Part shown: positions 15,465 to 24,318 of the stretch, in pieces
Position numbering within the stretch: position 1 is the first letter of the stretch
Layout of the letters: every line of letters begins with the position of its first letter
IMG/VR virus record: IMGVR_UViG_3300033508_000175
Coordinates: 1-52,425 of that record
Direction: 5' to 3' (one strand)
Length of the DNA: 52,425 nt
DNA from: a virus
Taxonomy: Duplodnaviria > Caudoviricetes
Translations under genes and position numbers: made by a program
The notes under the pieces: model-generated
The model's database searches: none
What the model saw: only the letters and a program-made list of their open reading frames with translations
What the model was told of the DNA's origin: nothing

Positions 15465-16892
15465 TTAACCATCCCACTTCACAGTCAGCCGGTCAATAAC
15501 CTCCTGGGGGAACGGCTCACCGGTGACAGCGTGAACAGGCAGGCGCCCGGTGTAGTTGGCATAGCGCACACAGATGACGTCCACGAACTTAGGGTCATAT
15601 TCCATTGAGCGCGAGCACATCCCCAGGCGCTCGGCGGCCATCATGGTCGTTCCAGAGCCACCAAAGGCGTCGATCACGATGTCGTTGGTTCGGCCATGGT
15701 TGCGGATCAGGCGCTCCCACAAGGCTACCGGCTTCATGGTGGGGTGCATCGCTGACCTGTTTGGTTTGTGGAAGTGCAGCAAGGTCGTCGGAGCTTCCTC
15801 CACCACCGCGTCAGCATTCACATAAAGCACGGTGTCCCCATGGCGAACAGCGTAGCGGCCATCCTCCACCTTCTCGAACGGCGATTCTTCACCGAACGAC
15901 TGGACTGTGGTCTGCTTGCGGCCACCGAACCAGGCGCGCTTGGCCCCGGGCTTGATGGCATAAAGGATGGGCTCATGGCGGAAGTGGAAGTCACCACGGC
16001 CCAGGACCAGGGCGTTCTTGACCCACATCAGGCATGACTTGAGCTGGAACCCGGACTCCAGCAGTGCCGTCCGAAAGTTGATGCCCTCGGTGTCAGCGTG
16101 CGCCACATACAAGGCAGCCCCGGGCTTCATGGATGCGAACGAGCAGCGGTAGAACCCAAGCAGGAACTCCTTGAAGGCAGAATTGCTCATGCTGTCGTTC
16201 TTGATGGAGCCCGCCAGCTTTGACTCATAAGCCACGTTGTACGGCGGGTCACACACCTGAATGTCGGCCAGTTCGCCAGCCATCAGCGCGGACCAATCCT
16301 CCATCTTTGTCGAATCACCGCAGCGAACGCGGTGAGGGCCACACACCCACTGGTCGCCCATCTTCGAGAAGGCCACCTCCGGCACGTCCGGCACCTCGTC
16401 CGGATCCTTGTCGTTGAGCAAGTCGGGGTCCAGAATGTCCGTGAGCTGGTCCCCGAAGCCCAACAGCTCCAGGTCAAAGCCTTCCAGCTTGAGGTCGGCC
16501 AGCTCCAGCTTCAGGAGATCCATATCCCAGCCTGCGTTCATTGCCAGCTGGTTGTCACTCAAAATATAGGCCTTGCGCTTGGTGTCGCTCCAGCCAGAGC
16601 AATCCACCACGGGCACGGTACCGGCAGGGATGGCCTCGCCACTCGGCAGGGTGATGGTCTTGCCAGCGGCATACAGCTGCTGGGCACCCAGAACGCGGCC
16701 GTGGCCAGCCACGATGCCTTTCTCGTCAGCCAGGACGGCATTGGTGAACCCAAATTCAGCGATGGAGGCTGCGATTTGTGCCACTTGCGCGGTGCTATGG
16801 GTCCGAGCGTTGCGGGCATACGGAATGAGGGAATCGACCGGCGCAAACCGAGACTTCAGACCGGCAGGCATTGTGGGGGCTTCTGTTTTCAT
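15465..16892 (-). CDS. ParB-N domain + N6A/N4C DNA methyltransferase
   Basis: IPYARNARTH/AGHGR (ParB); DPPY; HPTMKP; DAFGGSGTT. Confidence 0.92.
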   Translation of the reverse strand: MKTEAPTMPAGLKSRFAPVDSLIPYARNARTHSTAQVAQIAASIAEFGFTNAVLADEKGIVAGHGRVLGAQQLYAAGKTITLPSGEAIPAGTVPVVDCSGWSDTKRKAYILSDNQLAMNAGWDMDLLKLELADLKLEGFDLELLGFGDQLTDILDPDLLNDKDPDEVPDVPEVAFSKMGDQWVCGPHRVRCGDSTKMEDWSALMAGELADIQVCDPPYNVAYESKLAGSIKNDSMSNSAFKEFLLGFYRCSFASMKPGAALYVAHADTEGINFRTALLESGFQLKSCLMWVKNALVLGRGDFHFRHEPILYAIKPGAKRAWFGGRKQTTVQSFGEESPFEKVEDGRYAVRHGDTVLYVNADAVVEEAPTTLLHFHKPNRSAMHPTMKPVALWERLIRNHGRTNDIVIDAFGGSGTTMMAAERLGMCSRSMEYDPKFVDVICVRYANYTGRLPVHAVTGEPFPQEVIDRLTVKWDG

Positions 16893-16898
16893 GGGTTT

Positions 16899-17138
16899 TC
16901 AGTGGGTTACCGCTGGCTTTTCCAGCATGGCCACAAGCTCGGGCACGTTGGTCGCCACCAGCTTGTAGTTCGAGTCGACGCAGGCGACAAACACACCCTC
17001 GGGCGCTTGCATGTTGACGTGGCGCAGGACCGACATCACCTCGTCAAGGCTGGCCTCGGGCGGGCACTGCAGCAGAAGCACCTGGCCGGGCGTCGGGGCC
17101 AGCTTGGCCAGGGATGCGTCAACAAAATCGGGGCTCAC
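16899..17138 (-). CDS. hypothetical protein
   Basis: Coupled ORF. Confidence 0.5.
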   Translation of the reverse strand: MSPDFVDASLAKLAPTPGQVLLLQCPPEASLDEVMSVLRHVNMQAPEGVFVACVDSNYKLVATNVPELVAMLEKPAVTH

Positions 17139-17398
17139 AGCACCAGCATCTTCGAGCGTTTGAACTTCACACCGTAGGAGGCGGCGATGAACACCACCTC
17201 ACCAGTGCGCGGATTGCGGCCAGGGCGCGCGGGGCGAGCCACCTTGGTCAGCTTGCCGATGCCCTTCAGGTTGACTTCTCCCACGGTGCGCAGCTCTTCG
17301 GCGATGACCACCATGGCGCCATTGATGGCATCGTTGACCACGTTGATGGCCAAGTCGGTCTGTTTTGCGGTCGCGCGGACCAATTCAGTGTGAGTCAA
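17135..17398 (-). CDS. HU/IHF-family DNA-binding protein
   Basis: GIGKL...RPARPGRNPRTGEVVFIAA...KF; TTG start after GGAG. Confidence 0.88.
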   Translation of the reverse strand: MTHTELVRATAKQTDLAINVVNDAINGAMVVIAEELRTVGEVNLKGIGKLTKVARPARPGRNPRTGEVVFIAASYGVKFKRSKMLVL

Positions 17399-17435
17399 AG
17401 GTTTCTCCAGTTGGTTGCCGAGGCCGTCGGCGCGG

Positions 17436-17855
17436 TTATTCATGCTCATCCAGAAGTTCATGGGCAACCTTGCGGTACTTCAGCGGCTGCACCGCGGGCT
17501 GCGGGCGCGGGACCACGGCCACCTTGCGGCGAATCATGTAGTTCAACTCGTTGGCCCAGCCAGGCTGGACAGCGCAGCGCAACAAAGCGTCGTGCTTGCC
17601 CACGTGAGCGCCACAGACACAGATGGTCTCGACCTTGCCGTGCGTGCTGGAGCCGCAGGTGGCGCACCAGTAGTAATCGCTGCCCGGCACCCGGAGCAGC
17701 TGCGACTCGCAATGGCGGCAGACGTGGCCCGTCTCAAACTGCTTGGACGCCTCGATAGCCTGGTCACGTGGCACCTCTTGACCCGATAGCCATGTTGCGA
17801 TTAACCGCTGGACCACACCCTGGAGTTTTCGCATAAATCGTCTTTCCATCTTCAA
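17436..17855 (-). CDS. Cys-rich zinc-binding protein (true start may be about 17773)
   Basis: CRHC, CATC, CVC motifs. Confidence 0.6.
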   Translation of the reverse strand: MKMERRFMRKLQGVVQRLIATWLSGQEVPRDQAIEASKQFETGHVCRHCESQLLRVPGSDYYWCATCGSSTHGKVETICVCGAHVGKHDALLRCAVQPGWANELNYMIRRKVAVVPRPQPAVQPLKYRKVAHELLDEHE

Positions 17856-18330
17856 AAATGCTGATTTGGTTCGACCAGGCCGACCGGCGCAAGTCCAAAA
17901 CCAGATCCGTCAACCCCCACGACTTCTGTGCCACCAGCCGCGCCTCGACCGCACAGGAAGCCTCAATCAAGTACCTGCGGCAAGACGCCACGTGAACAAA
18001 CAAGAACCGGCCCAGCGGCCTGTATTCACGCGGCACGCCACCCTTGGCGTTCTTGCCCAAGCGCCACTCGCGCTCGCGGTTGTAGCAACTCATGCACAAC
18101 CGACCCATCACCATCCGACCCTCGCCAGACCCGCAGCGGACACACAGCGCCTTGTGCTGAAAAGGTGTCCCCACCTCCAGGCCCGCGTTCTTGGCGCCGA
18201 TCTGGCAAGACACACAGTGCGGCAGCCGGTACCGCCAATCCTTCGTCTGGGCGGCTTTGTACTGGTTGGCACAGCTCACCTCCGACAGCGTCAGCTTCCC
18301 CGGAATGCTTGGGCACTGAAAGATTTCCAT
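17764..18330 (-). CDS. Cys-rich zinc-finger protein
   Basis: CVSC, CVRC, CMSC; AAGGAG RBS; first gene after a late promoter. Confidence 0.7.
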   Translation of the reverse strand: MEIFQCPSIPGKLTLSEVSCANQYKAAQTKDWRYRLPHCVSCQIGAKNAGLEVGTPFQHKALCVRCGSGEGRMVMGRLCMSCYNREREWRLGKNAKGGVPREYRPLGRFLFVHVASCRRYLIEASCAVEARLVAQKSWGLTDLVLDLRRSAWSNQISIFEDGKTIYAKTPGCGPAVNRNMAIGSRGAT

Positions 18331-18344
18331 GTCCGCTCCTTGAA

Positions 18345-18360
18345 ATGATGCTGTCACGAC
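18345..18360 (-). promoter_or_regulatory. late promoter motif (packaging operon)
   Basis: GTCGTGAC-ag-CATCAT. Confidence 0.7.
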
Positions 18361-18410
18361 CAGAGGTCAGGAAACCTTTTGTGGCTCAAGGGCTTTGCAC
18401 CGAATGGCCA

Positions 18411-18950
18411 TCACATCAACCCCGCCCAATGGCCGGAATACTCACGCCAGCGGGTGCCCGCCTTGATGCCACTGATCAGCGTCCGATGAACGCCGTACCG
18501 CTCAGCCAGCACCGGTCCGCTCTCGGTGCTCACGCGAATGGCCCGGGCATCGTCCAGCGTCAGCTTGGAGTGTTTGCGCTGGGCTGCGGCAATCTTGGCG
18601 CGACGGGAGTGCGTGCTGAGAGCGCCACGGTCACCGGCCGCCTTGGCAACGGCCTGAGTGGTGGACTTTTCCAGGTGGGCAGGGTGAATGCACGACTTCT
18701 CGCCACAGGTGGTCACAATGGGAACGCGGGGCTCCAGCGCGCCGCCGTTCAGCTCAAACATCTTCCGGCGCACCAACGTGCATGGCTTATCAAACGGCTT
18801 GTAGATCGGGTACCCCTGGTCGGAAGTAGCACCGGTCCACAGAAAGCAGTCGGCGAACTCTTCCGTTTTCTCTATCAGCTTCATCATTTCCAGCGTCTGG
18901 GTGATCAGCACGCGCGTCAGGATCCGCTTTGCTTTTGGCTTTTTGATCAC
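18411..18950 (-). CDS. degenerate HNH-like protein with C-terminal HTH
   Basis: CFLWTG...GYP...TCGEKSCIHPAHL; LAERYGVHRTLISGI. Confidence 0.65.
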   Translation of the reverse strand: MIKKPKAKRILTRVLITQTLEMMKLIEKTEEFADCFLWTGATSDQGYPIYKPFDKPCTLVRRKMFELNGGALEPRVPIVTTCGEKSCIHPAHLEKSTTQAVAKAAGDRGALSTHSRRAKIAAAQRKHSKLTLDDARAIRVSTESGPVLAERYGVHRTLISGIKAGTRWREYSGHWAGLM

Positions 18951-19624
18951 AGCACCACCATCGTTTCGCTGTTCCCGGTGCGAATCCGGTCAGCGGTTTT
19001 CTTGACCAAGGCCTCGTACTCAGACCGGGCCACCGACAAAATCTGCAGCCGGTGATACTCAACCAGTTCCCGAATGGCGATGATTCCTGCACCAGACAAC
19101 CCAAAGACCCGGCTGGTTTCATACCGCAAGGCTGCATCTTTAAGCGCATCGTCCGCTTGTTTGCACCAGGGCAACACCTCTGGCCCCAGGCCGAACAGGC
19201 CTGCCGTCTCACACGTATTAACCAGATCCACCAACTGACGAAAGTCCGCCAGCGTGCCGTGGCCGTGCGTCATGGCCTCAAGCGCACTCAGGATGCGCAT
19301 GGTCAATGCGTCCAGCGTCTCCTTGTTGGTGACACAGGCCCCAGCGATGGCGTGCGCCACCGGGTCAAAACCTGGGCTGGTGTTCCAGTGCTTGCGAATA
19401 CATTTTTTACGAGACATATCAAACCCTTCAAATAATTCTTGTTGGCCTTCATCAACCCAAACAGACCGTCGACGTTCGACAAAAGCGGCGGTTGGAGCGC
19501 GCTGATGCGCAGGCGCACCCACCGGCACCAAGTCCATGATCTGGGCGCACGTTGGGCCGAATGGCAAGCTGCCCGACCACGCGGCTGCCGCTTGGATGGG
19601 ACGGTTGCACCTGGCGCACTTCAT
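18947..19624 (-). CDS. hypothetical protein, N-terminal zinc finger (possibly two in-frame genes)
   Basis: CARC...GPTC, then an internal MSRKK start. Confidence 0.6.
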   Translation of the reverse strand: MKCARCNRPIQAAAAWSGSLPFGPTCAQIMDLVPVGAPAHQRAPTAAFVERRRSVWVDEGQQELFEGFDMSRKKCIRKHWNTSPGFDPVAHAIAGACVTNKETLDALTMRILSALEAMTHGHGTLADFRQLVDLVNTCETAGLFGLGPEVLPWCKQADDALKDAALRYETSRVFGLSGAGIIAIRELVEYHRLQILSVARSEYEALVKKTADRIRTGNSETMVVL

Positions 19625-19881
19625 GCATTCATGGCCTCGATGGTCATGGCCAGCAAATCCATCTCATCGAGCTTGCGGGCCTTGAGCAACCGACGATCGC
19701 CGTGGATTCCCTGTGAACCGGTGTGGCAAGTTGGGCAAAGCGGTACCGCCAGCCAGTTCTGCGCGCGCTGGGCCATGCCCTGCCCTTCGCGGACGTGGTG
19801 GATGTGGACACCTTCAGCACCGCACACCATGCATGGCAAAGAAGCCACGCGGTCGAGGTAGCGTTTCTCGGACTTGGTCAT
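19621..19881 (-). CDS. Ref/DUF968-like HNH nuclease
   Basis: LPCMVCG...HHVR...PLCPTCH. Confidence 0.75.
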   Translation of the reverse strand: MTKSEKRYLDRVASLPCMVCGAEGVHIHHVREGQGMAQRAQNWLAVPLCPTCHTGSQGIHGDRRLLKARKLDEMDLLAMTIEAMNA

Positions 19882-20354
19882 GGCCGGTTGAACTCCGCGT
19901 GCCAGGACGCAATGCACTCATACCGCTGCGCATCCTCCAGGTGAGGCCAAAGGGCAGCCTGTGCGTAATCGGTCCACAGAAAATCATTCACCGCTCTGTG
20001 CCATTCGATAAATTGCTGCTCGTCCATGTTGGTCCAGTTGATCGACTTCGGGATCGCCACAAACACCCCATCGCGCCCGGGGAACAGGTCAACATGGCCC
20101 GCCCCAACCTTCAAGAAGTCGATCAGCCGCTCAAAGTCGTCAAACCGCTCCTGGCGCTCAAACAGGCCGGTCAGCTTGGCAAAAGTAAACCGATGGTGCT
20201 GCGGGCTGCGCGGCATCCGCCAACTGAACTGCAGCGTCTCGCCTATCTCCAGCTCGGCAACGATCTTGCGGAACTTTTGCCACGCGCGGCGGCCCTTTTC
20301 GCCAAACCCGGCAAGCTGGCCAGCCTCATCTTTGAAAATCACAAGATCAGGCAT
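19878..20354 (-). CDS. DUF1367-like (NinB-like) protein
   Basis: PRSPQHHR...KVGAGH...PKSINWTNMDE. Confidence 0.7.
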   Translation of the reverse strand: MPDLVIFKDEAGQLAGFGEKGRRAWQKFRKIVAELEIGETLQFSWRMPRSPQHHRFTFAKLTGLFERQERFDDFERLIDFLKVGAGHVDLFPGRDGVFVAIPKSINWTNMDEQQFIEWHRAVNDFLWTDYAQAALWPHLEDAQRYECIASWHAEFNRP

Positions 20355-20619
20355 TCATCACCGCCAGATTCCCGTCCGTCAACTTCGGTCCACGCCGATA
20401 GATGTAGCCGTGTTCATCGCCGACATTCCGAGTCAACAACTTGGCTTGCAGGTACAAAGACAACTCAGAATGAACCGAGCAGCGCGGCACACCCCACTTG
20501 ATGCTGATGGCGTCCAAGTCCAGAAACTCGTCCGGGTTGCGAAGCAAAAAGTCACAGACCTTGGTCGCCAAGCTGGCGTCGGTCAGGCCGGATGCGACCG
20601 GCACGTCGATGTGCATCAT
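20347..20619 (-). CDS. hypothetical winged-helix-like protein
   Basis: Coupled ORF; FLLRNPDEFL motif. Confidence 0.55.
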   Translation of the reverse strand: MMHIDVPVASGLTDASLATKVCDFLLRNPDEFLDLDAISIKWGVPRCSVHSELSLYLQAKLLTRNVGDEHGYIYRRGPKLTDGNLAVMNA

Positions 20620-21005
20620 TTGCCACCCCGCAACCGAAGCTCAAGCACGGCCAAGGTGTTCCAGGCTTCGTGCGCGGCGTGCAGCAGGCCAGAGTCAGGG
20701 TCCAGATCCTCATGGCGGCTTGTCAAAAGGTGCCGCCACTTCGCATCGGAGTAGCGCTCTTGGCCGTTGGGCACATGCTGCCAGCCACCCCGGCTGTATT
20801 TTTTGGCCCCAAAATCGCCGACGGCGGCCACCGCCTGCAGCGCCAGAGAGAAGTCCAACAGCACACCCGCCATGGGCTTGTTGGCGTCCAACTTGGCTCC
20901 CGGCTGGTGCGGATCAAAACCGTTCGGGTCGGCCTCTGGTTTATGGCCGTTTTGGCCTCTAGCCCTCGCCAGCCGTGCGTCAGCAGCTACTGAATTGATA
21001 GTCAT
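20616..21005 (-). CDS. DUF5664 dATP/dGTP diphosphohydrolase-like protein
   Basis: GAKLDANKP...FGAKKY...RY...RH...DPDSGLLHAAH. Confidence 0.8.
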   Translation of the reverse strand: MTINSVAADARLARARGQNGHKPEADPNGFDPHQPGAKLDANKPMAGVLLDFSLALQAVAAVGDFGAKKYSRGGWQHVPNGQERYSDAKWRHLLTSRHEDLDPDSGLLHAAHEAWNTLAVLELRLRGGK

Positions 21006-22159
21006 GCCGCCTCCATCACGGCCTCAACGAAGCTTTGCGCTTGGATCGCGTTGACCGCGTTACCGTAGGCGCGCAGCTTGACCACTCGGGCGGCAACCCC
21101 ATGAGCCAGCGGGAATGTTCCGGGTTCAACTGCCCGCCACTTGTCATCCCGGCATCCGAGCCAGTCAGCAGCTCGCCAGTAACCGTTAGTCGGGCCGGGC
21201 CGCAGATCGTGGAAAAGTCCTGTAGTCGCTGCTGAACTTTCGACCCATCCGAGCGTGTCATCGACATGGCAGATTCCGGGTTGCCCGTCCGGTCGTTGCT
21301 GCATGAGGGTGTCGGCCAGCCAGCCAGCGCTGCCGCATTCGGAAGCTGTACCTGGCCGCCGTCTTTTCTGATGGTTGATGCCATCCAGTGATCCATTGCC
21401 ATCGGCGTTGGCCAGCCCGACAGTTGAACCTGATGCGCTAGACATGTCGCCACAGCCCCGCAGTTCGCATCCAACTTCCTGGCTATCGCTTGCTCTGGTG
21501 TTCCACCCGGCGTGTTCGCCGTTGGCGTCCCCCAACCAGCCAGATGCACCGCCACATCCGCCAGTCCAATCTGCGGGTCGGTCGGCTTGCGGTTGCCCAT
21601 GATCGGAGGGTTGGGCTTGGCGTCCACGATGGTGCTGCTGGGCGTCGGCCACCCAGTACAGTCGTTGGCGGATGTGCGGCGCACCGAAGCCCGCAGCGCA
21701 GGTATCAACCGCCCCTGCGGCGTAGCCCTGTGCTTCCAGATCAGAGAGTACAAGGTCGATCCAAGCGAGGCCGTCTTTGCTTGCAACCTGTTCGCCAAAA
21801 ACTGTGTCAGGCTTGCACTGCTCGATGAGGTGGTTGAAGGCTGGCCACAGGTGCCGCTCGTCAGCAAACCCAGCGCCTTTGCCTGCCGCGCTGAAAGGTT
21901 GGCAGGGGCAAGAGCCAGTCCATACAGGTCGGTCGTCTGACCAACCGGCAGAACGCAGGGCGTGTGACCAAACTGCAATGCCTGCAAACCAGTGGCATTG
22001 GATAAAGTTTCTGACATCGCCTGGGCACACATCTTCGATTGATCGTTCATCTACCTCTCCTGGGGCCACAAGGCCCGCCTTGATTAAGTTGCGAATCCAT
22101 TCCGCAGCGTGCGGGTCAATTTCATTGTAGTAAGCCCATTTGTTAGTTAAAATATTCAT
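21002..22159 (-). CDS. DNA (cytosine-5) methyltransferase, alpha-type chain
   Basis: FAGIA (motif I), PCQPFS (IV), EQV (VI), HIRQR (VIII), LRAYGNAV (X). Confidence 0.88.
   Translation of the reverse strand: MNILTNKWAYYNEIDPHAAEWIRNLIKAGLVAPGEVDERSIEDVCPGDVRNFIQCHWFAGIAVWSHALRSAGWSDDRPVWTGSCPCQPFSAAGKGAGFADERHLWPAFNHLIEQCKPDTVFGEQVASKDGLAWIDLVLSDLEAQGYAAGAVDTCAAGFGAPHIRQRLYWVADAQQHHRGRQAQPSDHGQPQADRPADWTGGCGGASGWLGDANGEHAGWNTRASDSQEVGCELRGCGDMSSASGSTVGLANADGNGSLDGINHQKRRRPGTASECGSAGWLADTLMQQRPDGQPGICHVDDTLGWVESSAATTGLFHDLRPGPTNGYWRAADWLGCRDDKWRAVEPGTFPLAHGVAARVVKLRAYGNAVNAIQAQSFVEAVMEAA
21016..22050 (-). CDS. nested alternative-frame chain carrying MTase motif IX and WPTP repeats
   Basis: 344-aa open frame inside the MTase; four GW[PG]TP repeats; ends LNPEHSRWLMGLPPEW; start uncertain. 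Confidence 0.6.
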   Translation of the reverse strand: MNDQSKMCAQAMSETLSNATGLQALQFGHTPCVLPVGQTTDLYGLALAPANLSARQAKALGLLTSGTCGQPSTTSSSSASLTQFLANRLQAKTASLGSTLYSLIWKHRATPQGRLIPALRASVRRTSANDCTGWPTPSSTIVDAKPNPPIMGNRKPTDPQIGLADVAVHLAGWGTPTANTPGGTPEQAIARKLDANCGAVATCLAHQVQLSGWPTPMAMDHWMASTIRKDGGQVQLPNAAALAGWPTPSCSNDRTGNPESAMSMTRSDGSKVQQRLQDFSTICGPARLTVTGELLTGSDAGMTSGGQLNPEHSRWLMGLPPEWSSCAPTVTRSTRSKRKASLRP

Positions 22160-22182
22160 TTTTAATAAATGGTATTACGCAT

Positions 22183-22722
22183 ATGTATAAAAAGGTTTGC
22201 AGCCACTGCTCGTCTGAGTACGAGACAAAACACTCAAAAAGCATTTACTGCTCACAGAAATGTGGCGCAGCTTATCGGTGGGCCGCGTCTGAAAAAGACA
22301 CATCAAAACCAAGGGAATGCTTGGAGTGCAAAAAGCAATTTTTTGCAAAACCAGATGCAAACCAGCAAAGACTTTGCTCAGATGAATGCAGAAGAATGAG
22401 GAACAGCAGAAAGGTTCGTGAGTTTCATTCTGCGAATCCAGACCGTGAAAATTGGTACAGGGCTCGGACGAAAGAAAAGCAACTTCCCGACTCAAATCAG
22501 ATTCGCTTTTTTCGCACAAATCCACTTGCTCCAAGATGTTGCGAGTCATGCGGGGAGACCCGTGTTTTGGAAATTGCACATCGCCCAGAGCACGAAAGGA
22601 ATGGAAAAGGCAGAAGCATCTCAAACTGCAAATGGCCTGAAATGGTTTGGGTTCTGTGCCCAACATGCCACAGACTTCTTGATCGGATGAACTACCCACC
22701 ATCTGATCTTGGTTTGAAGTAG
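22183..22722 (+). CDS. HNH homing endonuclease with zinc-ribbon repeats
   Basis: CSHC...YCSQKC, CLEC...CSDEC, CESCG...AH...N...LCPTCH; low GC; opposite strand to the operon. Confidence 0.8.
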   Translation: MYKKVCSHCSSEYETKHSKSIYCSQKCGAAYRWAASEKDTSKPRECLECKKQFFAKPDANQQRLCSDECRRMRNSRKVREFHSANPDRENWYRARTKEKQLPDSNQIRFFRTNPLAPRCCESCGETRVLEIAHRPEHERNGKGRSISNCKWPEMVWVLCPTCHRLLDRMNYPPSDLGLK

Positions 22723-22903
22723 CAAAGAAGTGCGCTCTGTCATATCCAGCAAGCTCATTTGGTAAGACATCTTCAATACTCCGTTCGTCAACATAGCCAG
22801 GCGCAATGTGCCCGGCTTCAATCAGGTTGCGTAGCCATTGGGCGGCGGCTGGGTCAATCTCGTTGTAGTAAGCCAGCGGCCCCTTGGCGGCTTTGAAAGT
22901 CAC
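22721..22903 (-). pseudogene. orphaned original 5' end of the C5-methyltransferase
   Basis: AYYNEIDPAAAQWLRNLI...DERSIEDV...HFFA duplicates the N-terminus of 21002-22159; similarity ends at the HNH stop. Confidence 0.8.
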
Positions 22904-23190
22904 AGCAACCCTCCCTGCGCCTGCTGCGCGGCCAGCTTGTCGGCTTTGCTGGCGGATTTCAGACGGGCAGCCTTCTCGCGCGCCTCGCGCTGCAGGACAT
23001 CGCCACGCACCAGGGGGTCATCGACTGTCGGGCCTGAAACAAAATACTGTCTGCCGTGAACGGTGACGCTGCCGTAAAAGCGGGCAAGGGATAACTGAGA
23101 ATTGAACCAGCCATAGATGCGCTCGGGCGGTTCCTCGGGCTTGATCAGCCGGTCGATGGCGGCCAGGTCTTCTGGGGTTGCGGTGCTCAT
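22900..23190 (-). CDS. hypothetical protein
   Basis: Coupled ORF. Confidence 0.6.
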   Translation of the reverse strand: MSTATPEDLAAIDRLIKPEEPPERIYGWFNSQLSLARFYGSVTVHGRQYFVSGPTVDDPLVRGDVLQREAREKAARLKSASKADKLAAQQAQGGLL

Positions 23191-23606
23191 GACAACGGCC
23201 CCACAACAACATCGACCCGTGGGGATTCACCGTAAACCTTTGAACACGCACCCATGGCGGCCACCTGGCAGTCATCTACCCAGACGACGCCGTTCATGCC
23301 ATCGCACAGCGCCTTGACCAGATTGTCAAAGTCAGGCCGCTTGGTGACGTATTCAGGCTCCTGCAGGTTGGCTGCCTTGCGCTTTTTTGACCACGATGCT
23401 GGCACCTGGAACACCGCCTGCACTGTCAAGGACACCGGCCCCGTCAGCGGTGCCTGCGCGCCCATGGCTTGACTGGCGAACAGTGCTACCTTGGATTCGT
23501 AGTTGAGCGTCTTTGTCGGCGTGTACATGCGAGCATGGCCACCAATCGTGGTGACTTTGGCTCTGCCTTTTGCTACAGGCTCCCCCGGGATGGAAAACTG
23601 GATCAT
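23187..23606 (-). CDS. rusA: RusA Holliday junction resolvase
   Basis: KRPDFDNLVKALCDGMNGVVWVDDCQV. Confidence 0.92.
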   Translation of the reverse strand: MIQFSIPGEPVAKGRAKVTTIGGHARMYTPTKTLNYESKVALFASQAMGAQAPLTGPVSLTVQAVFQVPASWSKKRKAANLQEPEYVTKRPDFDNLVKALCDGMNGVVWVDDCQVAAMGACSKVYGESPRVDVVVGPLS

Positions 23607-23737
23607 TGCTCCCCCGCAATCAGCGCACCCACCGCCACCAAGGCGATGCCAACCAAGTCAACGACGACGGACGCCCCAACAAACACCAGGGCCAGCAACA
23701 CAAAGGGTGCGGCAAGGATTTGGCGAGCGGCCTTCAT
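23603..23737 (-). CDS. small membrane protein
   Basis: 44-aa hydrophobic ORF with ATGA overlaps at both ends. Confidence 0.5.
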   Translation of the reverse strand: MKAARQILAAPFVLLALVFVGASVVVDLVGIALVAVGALIAGEQ

Positions 23738-23934
23738 CGACGCCCCCCATTCGCAGCAGCCTGCCAAGCATCCCGGCACGGGGCTGAACACCAGCGGACA
23801 CCGTCACCGGTAATTTCGTCGCACCAAAGACACCGACCCGTGGCCACAATCGCCGGGCGCGCCATGCGGGCAACACGGATGGCGTTGGCCAGGCCAATCT
23901 CTTCCTTCTCCTGTGCTGAATCAATCTCATCCAT
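23734..23934 (-). CDS. TraR/DksA-like zinc-finger protein
   Basis: MDEIDSAQE...CLWC...WCSAPC. Confidence 0.65.
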   Translation of the reverse strand: MDEIDSAQEKEEIGLANAIRVARMARPAIVATGRCLWCDEITGDGVRWCSAPCRDAWQAAANGGRR

Positions 23935-24115
23935 TTTTCTGGTCCTGTTTTTGTTTCTCGATGGCTTCGCTTAGGCCCCGGCCGATGTTCCACTCGGGCA
24001 GCAGGCTGCGGTAAAACTCGGCAGCGGCACTGGCGTACTCGGGCTGCGGGGTGGTTTTGTCGGTACCGTTTTTCATGGTCAAAAGGTGGGTGATCAGTTC
24101 GTCGCGGGTGAACAT
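23927..24115 (-). CDS. hypothetical protein
   Basis: Coupled ORF. Confidence 0.5.
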   Translation of the reverse strand: MFTRDELITHLLTMKNGTDKTTPQPEYASAAAEFYRSLLPEWNIGRGLSEAIEKQKQDQKNG

Positions 24116-24318
24116 GCGCGCCCGGCGCGCTCATCAAGACGCGGCTTCCAGTTGGTTGCCATGCTGTAGCAGGCGTCTGCCGTGCCCACCATCAGGACGA
24201 TGGAGTCATGCGGCTGGTCGTTGATGAAGCATTCCTGGTTCTTCGCCAGGAGATCGGGCACCGACCGGACGCGCAACACGTTGTCCGACTGGCTCCACTC
24301 AAGCGCGTGCTGGCTCAT
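24094..24318 (-). CDS. hypothetical protein
   Basis: ATGA overlap with the dnaB stop. Confidence 0.5.
   Translation of the reverse strand: MSQHALEWSQSDNVLRVRSVPDLLAKNQECFINDQPHDSIVLMVGTADACYSMATNWKPRLDERAGRACSPATN

Noticed and set aside
20616-21005. DUF5664 as evidence for a 2-aminoadenine (Z) genome
   Set aside because: No PurZ, DatZ or phage DNA polymerase is visible in the window
22175-22903. 242-aa ORF as a full gene
   Set aside because: Only the first ~61 codons are MTase-like; the rest is the antisense of the HNH gene
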